Shown here in pieces: positions 18,130 through 31,311 of a stretch of DNA of 64,000 nucleotides. The stretch spans positions 100,378,001 to 100,442,000 of the forward strand of contig OZ024745.1 in assembly GCA_964016885.1 (NCBI GenBank), written 5' to 3'. The stretch is from Eledone cirrhosa. Its lineage: Eukaryota. The notes beneath the pieces were generated by a model, which worked only from the letters and a program-made list of their open reading frames with translations, was not told the DNA's origin and did not search any database. Numbering within the stretch: the first letter of the stretch is position 1; each line of letters starts with the position of its first letter. Position numbers and translations under genes: made by a program.

Positions 18130-18735
18130 AAGCAGCAATAACATCATTGAGCGGTTCCAAATTGGACGTTGTTGAAGTACTTAGGTAGTCGTGTCCTGAA
18201 GGAGATATCAAAGTGAGGAGGTCGCAAGCATGGATAGCCTGTCACAAACTAAAGAAAATCTGACACACAAAATTGCCTAGAAGGATCAAAATCAAAGTGT
18301 TCCTTGCAACTGTTGAGCCCATATTTTTGTCAGGCAGTGAAACGAGGACACTGACTGAGGAGTTAAAATACGGGCTAAACGGCTGCTACACAAGTGTGCT
18401 GCAAATGGCCCTTAATGTGAAATGGCAACAACATATGACAAATAAATGCTAGTATGGAGACCAGTCAAAAGTCAGCGAAAAGATCAGGTAAAGACGTTTC
18501 CGCATAACTGGTCACTGTGAGCGACACCCGGAACCGGAAGCATTCAAGTTAGCCCCTTTAAACCAATTTCATGGAGTTGTAAGGAGAGAAAACGCTGATA
18601 GACCTACATCGACAACCTGGTCAAATACACTGACCTGGACCGTGTCCAGGATCTCGAGACAGTGATGTTGGATAAAAACATGTGGCCGAGGGCCTTTGTC
18701 ACTGCGATCTGGGTTGAAACCGGTTAAGAAGAAAT
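18130..18735 (+). mobile_element. decayed RTE-group LINE 3' fragment
   Basis: Translation KYLGS...AWIACHKLKKI*...IKIKVFLATVEPIFLSGSETRTLT...LNGCYT...GHCERH, with stops. Confidence 0.75.
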
Positions 18736-18852
18736 GTAGAAAATATCCGTAGATGTAAAAATCAGGAGATGTGGTCAATATTAAGCCTTGAAACCTTAGG
18801 CACCGCTTTTGTTCCGTGTATGAACACAAATGAATGAATAATATATGTGGAT

Positions 18853-19028
18853 TGGCAGTATCGGTAGAGGGTCGGACGCCATGCTTTCCAGCATAGTTAC
18901 GTCCCTTTACGATCTGAGTTCAAATCCCGCCGAGGTTGACTTTGCCTTTCATCCTTACGGGGTCGATAAAATAAAGTACCAGTAATGAACTGGGTAATTG
19001 CTGGCCTTGTGCCTAAAGTAGAAACAAA
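18853..19028 (+). mobile_element. full-length Nin-domain SINE
   Basis: TGGCAGTATCGGTAGAG...GAGTTCAAATCCCGCC...GCCTTTCATCCTTACGGGGTCGATAAAATAAAGTACC. Confidence 0.9.
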
Positions 19029-19032
19029 TATA

Positions 19033-19198
19033 TCTTCTTCTTCTTCTTCTTCTTCTTCTTCTTCTTCTTCTTCTTCTTCTTCTTCTTGAGAGGCTCGTGG
19101 GGGAAGACTCCTCAAACACTCCTTCCAGCAGGTCCTGTCAGAAGCAACCTTTTCCAACTGATCCGGCTGGATCCCCAAGCGAGACCAGCCGAGCTATC
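19033..19198 (-). mobile_element. RTE-like LINE extreme 3' end with (GAA)n tail
   Basis: LGIQPDQLEKVASDRTCWKECLRSLPPR (A.DR..W motif) runs into (GAA)n. Confidence 0.55.
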
Positions 19199-19349
19199 CT
19201 GTGACTACGTTAACAAAATTATCTTGTGCTAGGGTACAATTTTTTTAGAAATTCGCGTTGTTTCCATTGAACGTTCTTTACTTCATTTCTATTTTCCTAG
19301 AAGAAAGATAACTATCCGAAACGTTGACCGCCCTCACCTATTTAAATAA

Positions 19350-19503
19350 TAGTTTCTTATATAGGTCACAAGGCCACAAGGCCATCAACTTTTTTTTTTG
19401 GGGGGGGGGGGGGTTCGATTAAATGGATCGCAGTGTGTGACTGGTACTTTATTTTATCGATCCCGTAAGGTTGAAAGGCAAGGTTAACCTCGGCGGGATT
19501 TGA
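19350..19503 (-). mobile_element. Nin-domain SINE, 5'-truncated
   Basis: Tail, core and part of the B box are present. Confidence 0.8.
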
Positions 19504-19757
19504 CACTTTAATTCAGTATAATGGACAGATATTCCATCCAATAAAAAAAACAACAAAAAAAAACAAATGTTGCGGGGGCCATAATATAACTGGGGGGTTC
19601 ATAATATAACTGACCAAATCAGTTGACTTTGTCCTCCTTTTTCTTGACAATAAGCCAAATGATTAGTTAAAGGGTAACTATTTATAGTTGGCTATTTAGT
19701 TTTTGTTGGGATCTGATAGTAACTGGGATTAATTTTATTAGAATATATTTTGTATTA

Positions 19758-19880
19758 CAGGTAAAATTCCGTTATAACGAATTTTTCAGTATAACGAAAT
19801 TTTTTGTTAATAAGAAACAAACGGTCAATTTGTTTCCGTCTATTTCGTTATAAAGAATTTTTCGTTACAATGAATTTTTT
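19758..19880. mobile_element. Tigger/pogo-like MITE end
   Basis: TA|CAGGTAAAATTCCGTTATAACGAA with repeated TATAACGAA motifs. Confidence 0.4.
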
Positions 19881-21145
19881 ATACCCAGTGGATAACTGTT
19901 TATATCACAATGAAGAAAGCTTTGGGAAGGAAAAAATACAAAAACTTACCCCCCCCCCCCCAAAAAAAAACACAATCTAATCTAATCTGGCCGAGTTTAC
20001 ACTCGCAAATAAGAAGAACCAGGGCCGCCCCTAGGAGTATTGGATTTGGTGTACTTCATATTTGTTTCGGTTGCTGAATACAATCAGGGGTCGCTGCTTC
20101 TCCTGGAGGTCAATAGTTCTCTTCTAACTCGAGCGGGAGCGGCTTTCCTTTGCCAATTTCCATTGATCATCTGCAAAGCCGCATTGTTCTCAGAACCACT
20201 ACACCAGTCTTTCAATGCGTGCAGTTGGAACTACTGCCACCCATTGATTTGGCAGGTTAGCAACTCATTTCTACAGCTGATTAAACTGGAGCAACGTGCA
20301 ATAAGGTGTCTTGCTCAAGGACACAACACATCACCCGGTCCGAGAATTGAACTCACAACGTTTCGATTGCAAACAAAAACAAAACTAAAACAAAAACATA
20401 CAAAAACAACAACACCAGCAACAAAAATTAAAAATAAGCAAGAGTACGAGTTAATTCATTTTACGCACGCTATAAAGAAGAAACAGGTGAGAGTTGAACG
20501 TTTCGGATAGTTATCTTTCTTCAAGGAAAATAGAAAAGAAGTAAAGAACGTTCAATGGAAACAACGCGAAATTTCTCAAAAATGTGTACTCTGGCACAAG
20601 ATACTTTTGTTAACGTAGTCACAAATAACAAAAAGCTTGAAAAAAGAAACAAAACAAAAAGAAAAAAAAGACGGAGAGATTAAGGCCAACTCGAGCTAAA
20701 TATCAACATCGTTTTATAACGTATCTTTCATGAAACGTTCATTGTAATTGTTATTTTATTGAAGTTGATGTTGATACGTAAGATATCATAATATGTTCAT
20801 TTATATTTTGGACATGCTATAAAGATGAAATTTTCCATTCTTATAGTTTTTATTTCTTTCTGTGATTTCTTGTATGAAGGAAGCATGTTGAATAACCCTA
20901 GTTACTTTTGACAGAGCTTCGTTGGATATTTTTTCATGTAAAACGTGTTCTTTTGAAGATATTGGTAAATATCGCTTATGACTACGATATTACTTTCTTA
21001 ATAGCTAAGAAACTTCATCCATGTAACGTGTCTTCTGAGAAGTTCGGATTCTTTGTGGCTCATGTTTTTTTGTAGTACGTCTGGTCTCTTATGCAGTACA
21101 ATCCAAAGCAAAGATTTATACAAACATACATACATACGTACTTAC

Positions 21146-21176
<31 letters not shown>

Positions 21177-21194
21177 CATACATACATACATACA

Positions 21195-21228
<34 letters not shown>

Positions 21229-21494
21229 GATACATATATATATATATATAGATACATACATACATATATATATATAGATACATACATATATACATAGAGA
21301 ATACATATATATAGATACATACATACATACATACATACATACATACATACATACATACATACATACATACATACATACATACATACATACATAGATACAT
21401 ACATACATATATAGATACATAAATATATATACATACATATATAGATACATATATACACACATACATACATGGATAAATACATACATACATACAT

Positions 21495-21585
21495 TGTGAT
21501 GGCCGCAACTCGACTTCGAGCAATGCCATCGCTTGATACTTAAGCATGAACATCAAGGACGTGGCTTCTTAGTCATGCTAGGGAT
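21495..21585 (-). mobile_element. short 3' end of another RTE-type element
   Basis: Stem-loop CTCGAAGTCGAG before a (TATG)n tail, analogous to the 3' ends of the adjacent array units. Confidence 0.5.
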
Positions 21586-21596
21586 ATACATACATA

Positions 21597-23951
21597 CATG
21601 GTGGCTGCCAACTCGTTTTCGAGTACGGCCACTACTTTATATCCATGTAGAACCCCTACCGATGCGCTGAACGTGTGTGACTTTTTAGTCCAGCCAGCGA
21701 CTTGAAAACTCTGGTACAAACACTACACTTGTGACAATTATTGACACATGGTACCATGTGACGACAAGTGCAGAGAGAGCTCCAGATATAAAGCAATGCC
21801 TGTGCTGTGAAGCTTTTATAGTGAGCAAAGGCACTGCACAAAGCCAGTCCCACTCTCTTAACCAAGATGATGTTTACCAAAAAGAAGAACAAGTCAACAT
21901 CATTGGATACCATCAGGGTTGCAGGTGTTATATCAGAGTTTTCCTTCTCCTAGAATTCTGCCTTGACAAAGGCTAAGGGGTCATCTCTCCCATACATACA
22001 TACATACATACATACATACATACATGGTGGCTGCCAACTCGTTTTCGAGTACGGCCACTACTTTATATCCATGTAGGAGAACCCCTACCGATGCGCTGAA
22101 CAAGTGTGACTTTTTAGTCCAGCCAGCGACTTGAATACTCTGGTACAAACACTACACTTGTGACAATTACTGACACATAGTGCTGGGCCCATGGTACCAT
22201 GTGACGACAAGTGCAGAGAGATCTCCAGATATAAAGCAATGCCTGTGCCGTGAAGCTTTTATAGTGAGCAAAGGCACTGCACAAAGCCAGTCCCACTCTC
22301 TTAACCAAGATGATATTTACCAAAAAGAAGAACAAGTCAACATCATTGGATACCATCAGGGTTGCAGGTGTTATATCAGAGTTTTCCTTCTCCTAGAATT
22401 CTGCCTTGACAAAGGCTAAGGGGTCATCTCTCCCGGTGATTTTGGATGGCCATTGACTCTTAAGAGCTCCTTTGCCCTTTGACAGGTTTTGTTTTTAGTC
22501 CTGCAGGATGTCCAAAGTCACCCTCCTCACCAAGAAACCTTGGTGGGGTTGCCAGTTTAGTCGCCAACGACCCGACCATGGGACAGGTTGTACTGGGATA
22601 CATGTTACCAGTAGCACCAACTGGTGACCTGACATACATACATACATACATACATACATACATACATACATACATGGTGGCTGCCAACTCGTTTTCGAGT
22701 ACGGCCACTACTTTATATCCATCTAGGAGAACCCCTACCGATGCGCTGAACGAGTGTGACTCTTTAGTCCAGCCTGCGACATGAAAACTCTGGTACAAAC
22801 ACTACACTTGTGACAATTATTGACACATGGTACCATGTGACGACAAGTGCAGAGAGAGCTCCAGATATAAAGCAACGCCTATGCCGTGAAGCTTTTATAG
22901 TGAGCAAAGGCACTGCACAAAGCCAGTCCCACTCTCTTAACCAAGATGATATTTACCAAAAAGAAGAACAAGTCAACATCATTGGATACCATCAGGGTTG
23001 CAGGTGTTATATCAGAGTTTTCCTTCTCCTAGAATTCTGCCTTGACAAAGGCTAAGGGGTCATCTCTCCCATACATACATACATACATACATACATACAT
23101 ACATACATACATACATACATGGTGGTTGCCAACTCGTTTTCGAGTACGGCCACTACTTTATATCCATCTAGGAGAACCCCTACCGATGCGCTGAACGAGT
23201 GTGACTTTTTAGTCCAGCCTGCGACATGAAAACTCTGGTACAAACACTACACTTGTGACAATTATTGACACATAGTGATGGGCCCATAGTACCTTGTGAC
23301 GACAAGTGTAGAGAGAGCTCCAGATATAAAGCAATGTCTGTGCCGTGAAGCTTTTATAGTGAGCAAAGGCACTGCACAAAGCCAGTCCCACTCTCTTAAC
23401 CAAGATGATATTTACCAAAAAGAAGAACAAGTCAACATCATTGGATACCATCGGGGTTGCAGGTGTTATGTCAGAGTTTTCCTTCTCCTAGAATTCTGCC
23501 TTGACAAAGGCTAAGGGGTCACCTCTCCCTGTATGTATGTATGTATGTATGTATGTATACATACATGGTGGCTGCCAACTCGTTTTCGAGTACGGCCACT
23601 ACTTTATATCCATGTAGGAGAACCCCTAGCGATGCGCTGAACGAATGTGACTTTTTAGTCCAGCCAGCAACTTGAAAACTCTGGTACAAAGACTACACTT
23701 GTGACCATTATTGACACATAGTGCAGGGCCCATGGTACCATGTGATGACAAGTGCAGAGAGATCTCCAGATATAAAGCAATGCCTGTGCTGTGAAGCTTT
23801 TATAGTGAACAAAGGCACTGCACAAAGCCAGTCCCACTCTCTTAACCAAGATGATATTTACCAAAAAGAAGAACAAGTCAACATCATTGGATACCATCAG
23901 GGTTGCAGGTGTTATATCAGAGTTTTCCTTCTCCTAGAATTCTGCCTTGAC
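21597..23951 (-). mobile_element. array of five bipartite non-autonomous RTE-derived elements separated by (TACA)n
   Basis: Units at 21597-21991, 22023-22632, 22673-23070, 23118-23529 and 23564-23951. Each has the RTE 5' UTR motif CTAGGAGAAGGAAAACTCTGA, a C2H2 coding segment (CSVCTRVFKSLAGLKSHTRSAH in unit 1), stem-loop ACTCGAAAACGAGT and a (TATG)n tail. Confidence 0.8.
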
Positions 23952-23976
23952 ATACATGCATACATACATACATACA

Positions 23977-26900
23977 TTGAATAACTGGTTGTTCTTCTAA
24001 CTATATCTTCTGAAGACACCTTTTATTCGAATTCGTAGAGATATCCGACTAAATACATAATTCATTTTACAAGGATTTGCTACAAACAGAATGGCTGAAC
24101 ACAACATCAACAACAAAATTAAAGAAGTACCGAAGACAAATAACAAGGAAGGTAAAAAAACTTTATTCAGTTGTAGCTACAGAAGAAACCGAAATTATAA
24201 ATCGCATTTCTCTTGGAGTTGCGAACTTAATAATGATTTATTTAATTGTTATAAAATGGCAAAAACAATCCCTCCATTGGCTATATGAATAGAATGAAGC
24301 TACAACTGGGATGAAATGCACGCTGAGCTAAATTATTTCACAGCGAAACAATTACGCCAACAAGCGACGTTTGTTTAACGTAAAAATAAGATAAATATTA
24401 TTAATTGTAAGTCCCCCACAACAAACATGTTATCAACAACAGGTCGCCATGCTACTAGACTTCCTCGCAGCCAGGTCGAATAGTGCCTTGAAACAACTAT
24501 GCCTGTAAGAAACTTGACACAACCTGTACCATCTAAGTCTACCTCGGATGCTGGGGAAAACACTATCGATAATAATAATAATCGAAGAAATTTAACACGA
24601 CGTGTACCATCCGAGTCTACCTCGACTGTTGTGGAAAATACTATCGATAATGATAATAATCAAAATTATAAACAATTGAAATTTTCCCTCAACGAAATCT
24701 TCCAGAGAGAAATTAATTCATGTATAAATATCTCTCTTGCTGAACGTGTTGAAACGACAATGGTGAATAAAAAACCAAATAATGAAATATTACGTGTTAT
24801 TGACGAAATAGGGGATGAATATTTACGACGGATAAAAACCCCAACATTTTGGCAAATCAACGCCTGTTTATATGCCCTAGCAACGACAGTGAAGCAATAT
24901 ATTCATGATAGCAGAGATATTAACAAGAACAGAACACCACCAAAAATACCATCATATATAACTAAAATAGAAAAAAAGATTGCTGACCTACGAAAAAACA
25001 TAGGATATGTGACAATGCTCCTTACATGCAAACAAACACAAAAAAACCTCACTCCTCACCAACAAAGAGTGAAAAATAAAATAGAGACGATGTTTGGTAA
25101 CAGTAGAACCAGAACTCTCCAATATAAGCTGATCACCCTCAAACAAGAATTGAGAGCTGTTATTGAAAAACGCCGATGCCCGAAGAAGGTAGATGAGAGA
25201 AAAGTGCTTAATAAAAGATTCAGACGAAACCAAACATCAGTATATAGAGATATGAAGGGCAAAATAATAAGTGTCACTGAGGCCCCATCCCAGAAAGACA
25301 TAGATTCCTTTTGGAGAAAAATATGGGGTGAAAAGAAGAATTTCAACCAGGATGCAGTGTGGCTAAGAGAAATCCGAAAGAACTATGCTCCTACACTACA
25401 ACAAAAACATACGAAATAAGTGAGGGTACCCTTGAGACTGTGATAGGAAAACTCCAAGATAAGAAAACACCAAGAAGAGACATGATTGTCGGCTACTGGT
25501 ACAAAAAACTGATATTCTATCGGAGGTATCTTACTGACCTCTACCAACAAGTTCTTAAGGGAGATACACTTATACCAGAATGGTTGACATTAGCACAAAC
25601 ATTACTGGTCCCCAAGAACAAAGACACCCACCTGGCAAAAAACAACCGACCCATTGCATGCCAGAACCTGATGTATAAGATGTATACAGCCTGCCTGAAC
25701 CTATTCCTCCAAGATCACTATGAAAATAATAGCATCATCACAGATGAACAAGCAGCTGGAAAGAAAGGGGTTTGGGGATGTGCTGAACAACTCCTAATCA
25801 ACAAAACTGCGATGTCGGAGGTGCGACAACTTAGGGATGCAGGCTACAGTTTGGCTGGACTACAGGAAAGATTTCGATTCTGTTCCCCACTCTTGGATGA
25901 TAGAGGCCCTCCAGCTTGCTAAAGTCCCAGACATTATTGTCAGAACCATAGAGAGGCTGTCTTCTTCTTGGGCTACTATCCTAAGGTTAAAGACAGAGAG
26001 GGAGGACTCTATTTTCACTGATAAAATAACATATTGCAGAGGTATATTTCAGGGGGACAGTCTCTCTGTGATATTATTCATCTTGTCATTAAACCCCTTG
26101 TCCTTTCTGCTCAAGAAATGTGAGGGATACATCATTGGCTCACAGGAGGACAGAAATATGAACCTAACCCATAATTTCTTTGTGGATGATCAGAAACTCG
26201 ATGCCAAGAACATGGATGGGATGAAGAAAAATCTTGATCTGGTTACAACGTTCTCAAAGGATATAGGAATGGAGTTTGGCCAAGATAAATGCTCATACAT
26301 GACTGTAAAGCGGGGAAAAACAACAACCCAATCTAGCAACATTGTCATCAATGGCCTAACTCTTTCACCGATATCTGATGAGGACTGCTACAGATACCTG
26401 GGGATAGTTGAGAACATATCCTATAATGGTATCTGTAATAAAGAACGCGTAACCAGGGAATACTACACCCGATTAAGAAAGATCTGGTCATCGGAATTCT
26501 CTGCGCAAAAGAAAACAGTGGCTCACAATGTGTTTGCTGTGCCTGTCCTAACACCAACGTTTGGAATACTCAATTGGACGATAGACGAAATCCGAGCAGT
26601 TGATGTTGGAACTCGAAAAATACTAAACAACACCGGAAACTTCCACATCAACAGTAACACAGACCACCTTTACTTGAAACGTAAGCAGGGGGGCAGAGGC
26701 CTAACATCAGTTCAGACAACATTTGAATGTCGTATCATATTTCTCCGACAACATCTACGAACCTCGAAGCGTAGGAGCCCGTTTCTCGAGCAAGTCTATC
26801 TGCATGAAACAGATAAAATCATGAGAGTTGGGAAGGAACTCCTCGAGAGATATTCCCTGTGTGATAATCAAAATCTCACACCCAGGGAAGTCGCTCAACA

Positions 26901-27466
26901 GTATCGCAGTGAATCCATGGATGAAAAACTGAATGCTTATCAGCAAAAAATCATGCATGGATATGTTGCCAGGAAACTCCAGAGTGAGAGTAATAGAGAT
27001 AAGGAAAGTAGTCTATCTTGGACCAACAACCGCTATATTGGCTCCCACTTTGAAGGATATGCTTTTGCAATCCAAGAACAGGAGATTAACACGAAATACC
27101 TGATTCACAAAAGAGATAGGGATGCAGGCAAAACACCTAGATGTGATAACAAGTGCAGACTCTTCAGAACTAACATCGAAGATATCACCCATGTCATCAG
27201 CAGCTGTCCAAAGATGTCATCGCGGTACTATCTACCTATGAGGCATGATGTAGTGGCCAAAACACTGTACAATGCAGTTCGTAAAAAAAGATAGCCCCGA
27301 TAATAAACACATTAAAAACTACAGCAATGTGGAAGACATCAATATACATAATATGAAAGATTACTGGTGGAATGTTCTAGTAAAAACCCCAATAAAATAT
27401 CTGTTAGAAACCGACTCTCTCTCTGTTGGGAAAACATTTGTGAAATTATAAAACCAGAACATACAT
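23977..27466 (+). mobile_element. R4/Dong-type LINE family A (RT plus restriction-like endonuclease), near full length, frameshifted
   Basis: ORFs 24499-25419, 25359-25922 and 25837-27294 carry RPIAC, GIFQGDSLS, FVDD, YRYLG, RKQGGRGL and a CCHC/RHD region. Endonuclease segment deleted near 27400. (TACA)n at both ends. Confidence 0.9.
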
Positions 27467-27686
27467 AATGTCTTTATGTTTATATATATATGTGCCTGCG
27501 AACATTTGATTTCCTTCGATGTTTATGTATGTATGTATGTATGTATGTATGTATGTATTGATGTATGTATGTATGTATCTATATATCTATATATATGTAT
27601 GTATCTATATGTATGTATGTATCTAAGTATGTATGAATGTATGTATCTCTGCACGTATGTATCTATATATGTATGTATGTATGTAT

Positions 27687-28283
27687 GTTCTTCTGGTTTT
27701 ATAATTTCACAAAGTTTTATCAATAGAGAGAGAGTCGGTTTCTAACATAGACACAAGACTCTCTCATTGGAATTTACACAACATCAACTAGGTAGATTAT
27801 GTCTGCATGCATGTGTAGATATGGATGTTATTGTATGTGTGGATGTGTATGTTTTGAGTTGTTCATGTGAAGCCTAGCTTCTCGAGATTTGTATTGAGGC
27901 AGTTACTAACATACCCAGTGCCCCAATAATCACAGGCATAAATCTGGAGGTGTAATCAGGGTGGAGTATCTGCAAATTTCTCATCAGTTCTGCATAAATA
28001 TTCTCCTTTTCGCTTATCTTTGATATTATATTGGCATCTACTGGGCAGCTAACATCCACTACTGTGCATGCCTTCTTTACCCTGTCCCATATCATAATAT
28101 CTGGTCTGTTATGCCTGCATTTTATTGGGGTTTTTACTGGAAAATTTCACCAGTACTCTTTCATATTATGTATATGGATGTCTTCCACATTGCTGTAGCT
28201 TTTAATGTGTTTATTATCGGGGCTATCATTTCTACGGATTGCATTGTACAGTGTTTGGCCACTACATCATGCCTCATAGGTAG
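27687..28283 (-). mobile_element. R4/Dong family A 3' fragment
   Basis: RHDVVAK...RPDIMIWDRVKKACTVVDVSCP...PVIIGALG, then 3' UTR and (TACA)n tail. Confidence 0.85.
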
Positions 28284-28336
28284 TATGTATGTATGTATGA
28301 ATGTATGTATGTATTTATATGTATGTATGTACATAT

Positions 28337-28895
28337 GTCGGGTCACTCTTGAGTGCTACTGGTAACATGTAACCCAGTACAACCTGTCGCATGGTCGGGT
28401 CGTCGGCGACTAAACCGGCAACTCCACCAAGTTTACTTGGTGAGGAGGGTGATTTTGGACACCCCGCAGGACAAAAAACAAAGCATGATAAAGGGCGGAA
28501 GAATTCATAAGTGTCAACGACCATCAAAAAATGGGTAATTATGTATATATACACATATACATATGTATATGTATATATATATATATGCATGTGTTTGTAA
28601 ATGCGCGGGGACATAGAAATAGTCAGGCTGGATACCCGATCGCGCGGTTAAACCACTGGGAGTGAAGGACCCCTAGCCTTTTTCAGGGTATTCATCTAGG
28701 AGAAGGCAACTCAGGAAACTGGGATAATTGCGACATGAAATCTGCGGCTCAGTAGTTACCGATGATGTTGATCTTTTCTTCTTTTCGGGTTGCTCAGAGA
28801 GTGGGATTGGCTCAGTATACAGTCTTTCCTCACTTTAAAAAAATCTTCACGCACAGGCAATGGCCATACTCGATAACGAGGGGGCAGCCATCATG
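28337..28895 (+). mobile_element. diverged bipartite RTE-derived element with an internal TA tract
   Basis: 5' part aligns with 22435-22632. Contains ctaggagaaggcaactc and ends tggccatactcgataacgagggggcagccatc(atgt)n; lacks the zinc-finger segment. Confidence 0.75.
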
Positions 28896-29082
28896 TATGT
28901 ATGTATGTATGTATGTATGTATGTATGTATGTATGTATGTATGTATGTATGTATGTATGTATGTATCTATGTATGTATGGATATGTGGATGGAATTTGGA
29001 AATCAACCTTTATCATTATTTTCGATCAATATATAAATCAGGATGGATTCAGTTTGAAACTGGTTAGACCATTACTCACAAG

Positions 29083-29243
29083 AGTACTCAATACTTTGGG
29101 TAGTAGAGTATGGTTATATTATAAAGAGTCAAGATCCCGACGGCTGAGCTGTTGCCGTTTCAGCAGCTATTTCCAGACAGGAACTAGCTGTCTGGAACTA
29201 GCTGTTGGATCGGCAAGAGCTCAGCCGTCGGGGTCCTGACTCT
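29083..29243. repeat. second copy of the GC-rich hairpin element
   Basis: Hairpin 29125-29243; its tail agtactcaatactttgggtagtagagt approximates the reverse complement of about 12056-12082. Confidence 0.75.
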
Positions 29244-30342
29244 GTATTATCTGTCTCCCTCTCTTTCTCTATATATACGTGCAATAAAGAATCACTACAC
29301 ATACATAATATGCATACATATCCTATCACACACATACACACATATATATATAATATGATACAATATTATATATGTATAGTCATTTATATATCTGTACATA
29401 AACTTTGTGGAACAGATATCCATTATATTCTTGATTTTTGTATAAAAATTGCAGACTCAATTCTTGAACAAAATATGTAGCTAATATTGGATTTTGAAAC
29501 TCGACTTTCATACACTCGACTTTCATAAACATAATATGCCTAATTTGATGAAATATTGTACGTGACATCCATATCAACGATTTTTAAAAAGTATCAATGC
29601 AAACCAAGAATTTAATTCAAACTGCGTCATTTGACCGAATATTTATTATACGAATATATTAGAAATCAAGATAAATAACTTTAGAATAACTTAAAAGTAG
29701 CTGTATTATCCCATTACATATAAACAAAATCTCACTCAATGTAGACTATCAGAGACAAAATAACCTAGTTGACGATAACAATAATCTCCTCAATTCGTAA
29801 GCACGAAGTTTGGGATTTTCAGGGAAAGATAAAAAGTCAGTGTAGTAATGTTCAAGCTTTTCTTAAAATTTTAGCAGTGTTAGTGATATCAAATGGTAAC
29901 GATCATGAGTTAAAACTGTATAGTGAAACCCTCCCGCAGAATGTTTTCGTCGGTTCTACAAATCCTACAAAGACATAGGCAAAAATCGCAATTTTTCATC
30001 ATTTTTTTTGTGCGTGCATATCAGGCCAGGATTAACTGGTATGTATAGCATGTAGTTAGTATACCAAGGAAAAAAGGCACCACAGAGTTACTTTCACCAG
30101 TACTGGATTCACCATGATGCAAATAGTAAATTATAACATTTGTTTTTCGAACATGAATTAAAAAGAGTTAAAAAATTGCATTTTTCCTGTTGCCCTAGTT
30201 ATAAATAAATAATTTACTTATATTGAGATCTGCCTATATTTAATATTGTTGTGGTGACGATTCGGTGAGAGAGCTTGGAAGAAAACTGGATTCTCAATCA
30301 ATTATTTCCTAATCATCAGTTATTATGATGATTAGGAAATAA

Positions 30343-30523
30343 TTGCAGAATCGGTAGAGCGTCGGACACCCTACTTTGCAACATAGAGTTACGTCCTCTT
30401 ATCTTCTAATTTCAAATCCCACCGAGGTTAACTTTGCCTTTCATCCTTACGAAGTCGATAAAATAAAGTACCAGTAATACACTGGAATAATTGCTGGCCT
30501 TGTACCAAAAGTAGAAACAATTA
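30343..30523 (+). mobile_element. Nin-domain SINE
   Basis: Diverged A and B boxes, core and tail. Confidence 0.85.
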
Positions 30524-31208
30524 TGTGTTAATGTATTGTAAATTAGACAATGAAAAGGTTGAAGTGGCACAGGGTTTGTGCTGTTCTTAAGACATCACTT
30601 GTGCATGTTCATAGCATACATATATGCGTCAGTATGTATATTAGTGTGTATATATGTATATATGCGTCTAGTTATCTCCCTTGGTAGATGAGATATTCCA
30701 CAAGTTAGCATACACATGAATATTTCAGTTTTTCCAGCACTGATTTCCATTTCTGTCGGTAGAAAATCTAACCAGTGCATGGTGTTAAGTAGTACTATGT
30801 TACCTGAAAATATCAGTAGACTGATTCTACACTCACCGATTGATTCTTCCAAGCCGGCTGAATATATCAATCCTGTTCATGAAGATTACGAATTCGACGC
30901 TAACATAGAATAGTTTCAACTTAGTACAATTTATTCAAACACAAATACAAGGGCATTCGTTTAGGGACTTCAAGGTAATAAGTAGCTGTCCGCCGATCCG
31001 ACATTCCTGCAGGATCTTTTATAATAAATACTGTGGAATGCGGTCTTCTCGAGGCTCACAAATCAAGCACACAGCTCGGAGCAATGATTTCCCGAAGACC
31101 TGTCGCAGAGTGAATATTTGGTCAGCTGTGTATCTTCGGGACGAAAACCACACTGGTATATATACAAACACACACACACACACACACACACATATCTATC
31201 TATCTATC

Positions 31209-31311
<103 letters not shown>

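Larger units (their letters stand above)
19200..20623. repeat. inverted pair of ~143-bp repeats (19200-19343 and 20481-20623), each with a decayed hammerhead-like motif
   Basis: Arms are reverse-complementary with some divergence. Motif CT(A/T)GAAGA-aa-gat aact atc-c-GAAA-CG-TT. Confidence 0.75.

Noticed and set aside
22435-22632. HDV-like ribozyme in the RTE-derived leader
   Set aside because: Several stems exist (tactgg/ccagta, caccaag/cttggtg, ggtcacc/ggtgact), but I could not assemble the nested P1/P1.1/P2/P3 pseudoknot by eye.
29975-30200. Possible MITE with taggc..gcccta ends
   Set aside because: The inverted repeats are too imperfect and no TSD is visible.
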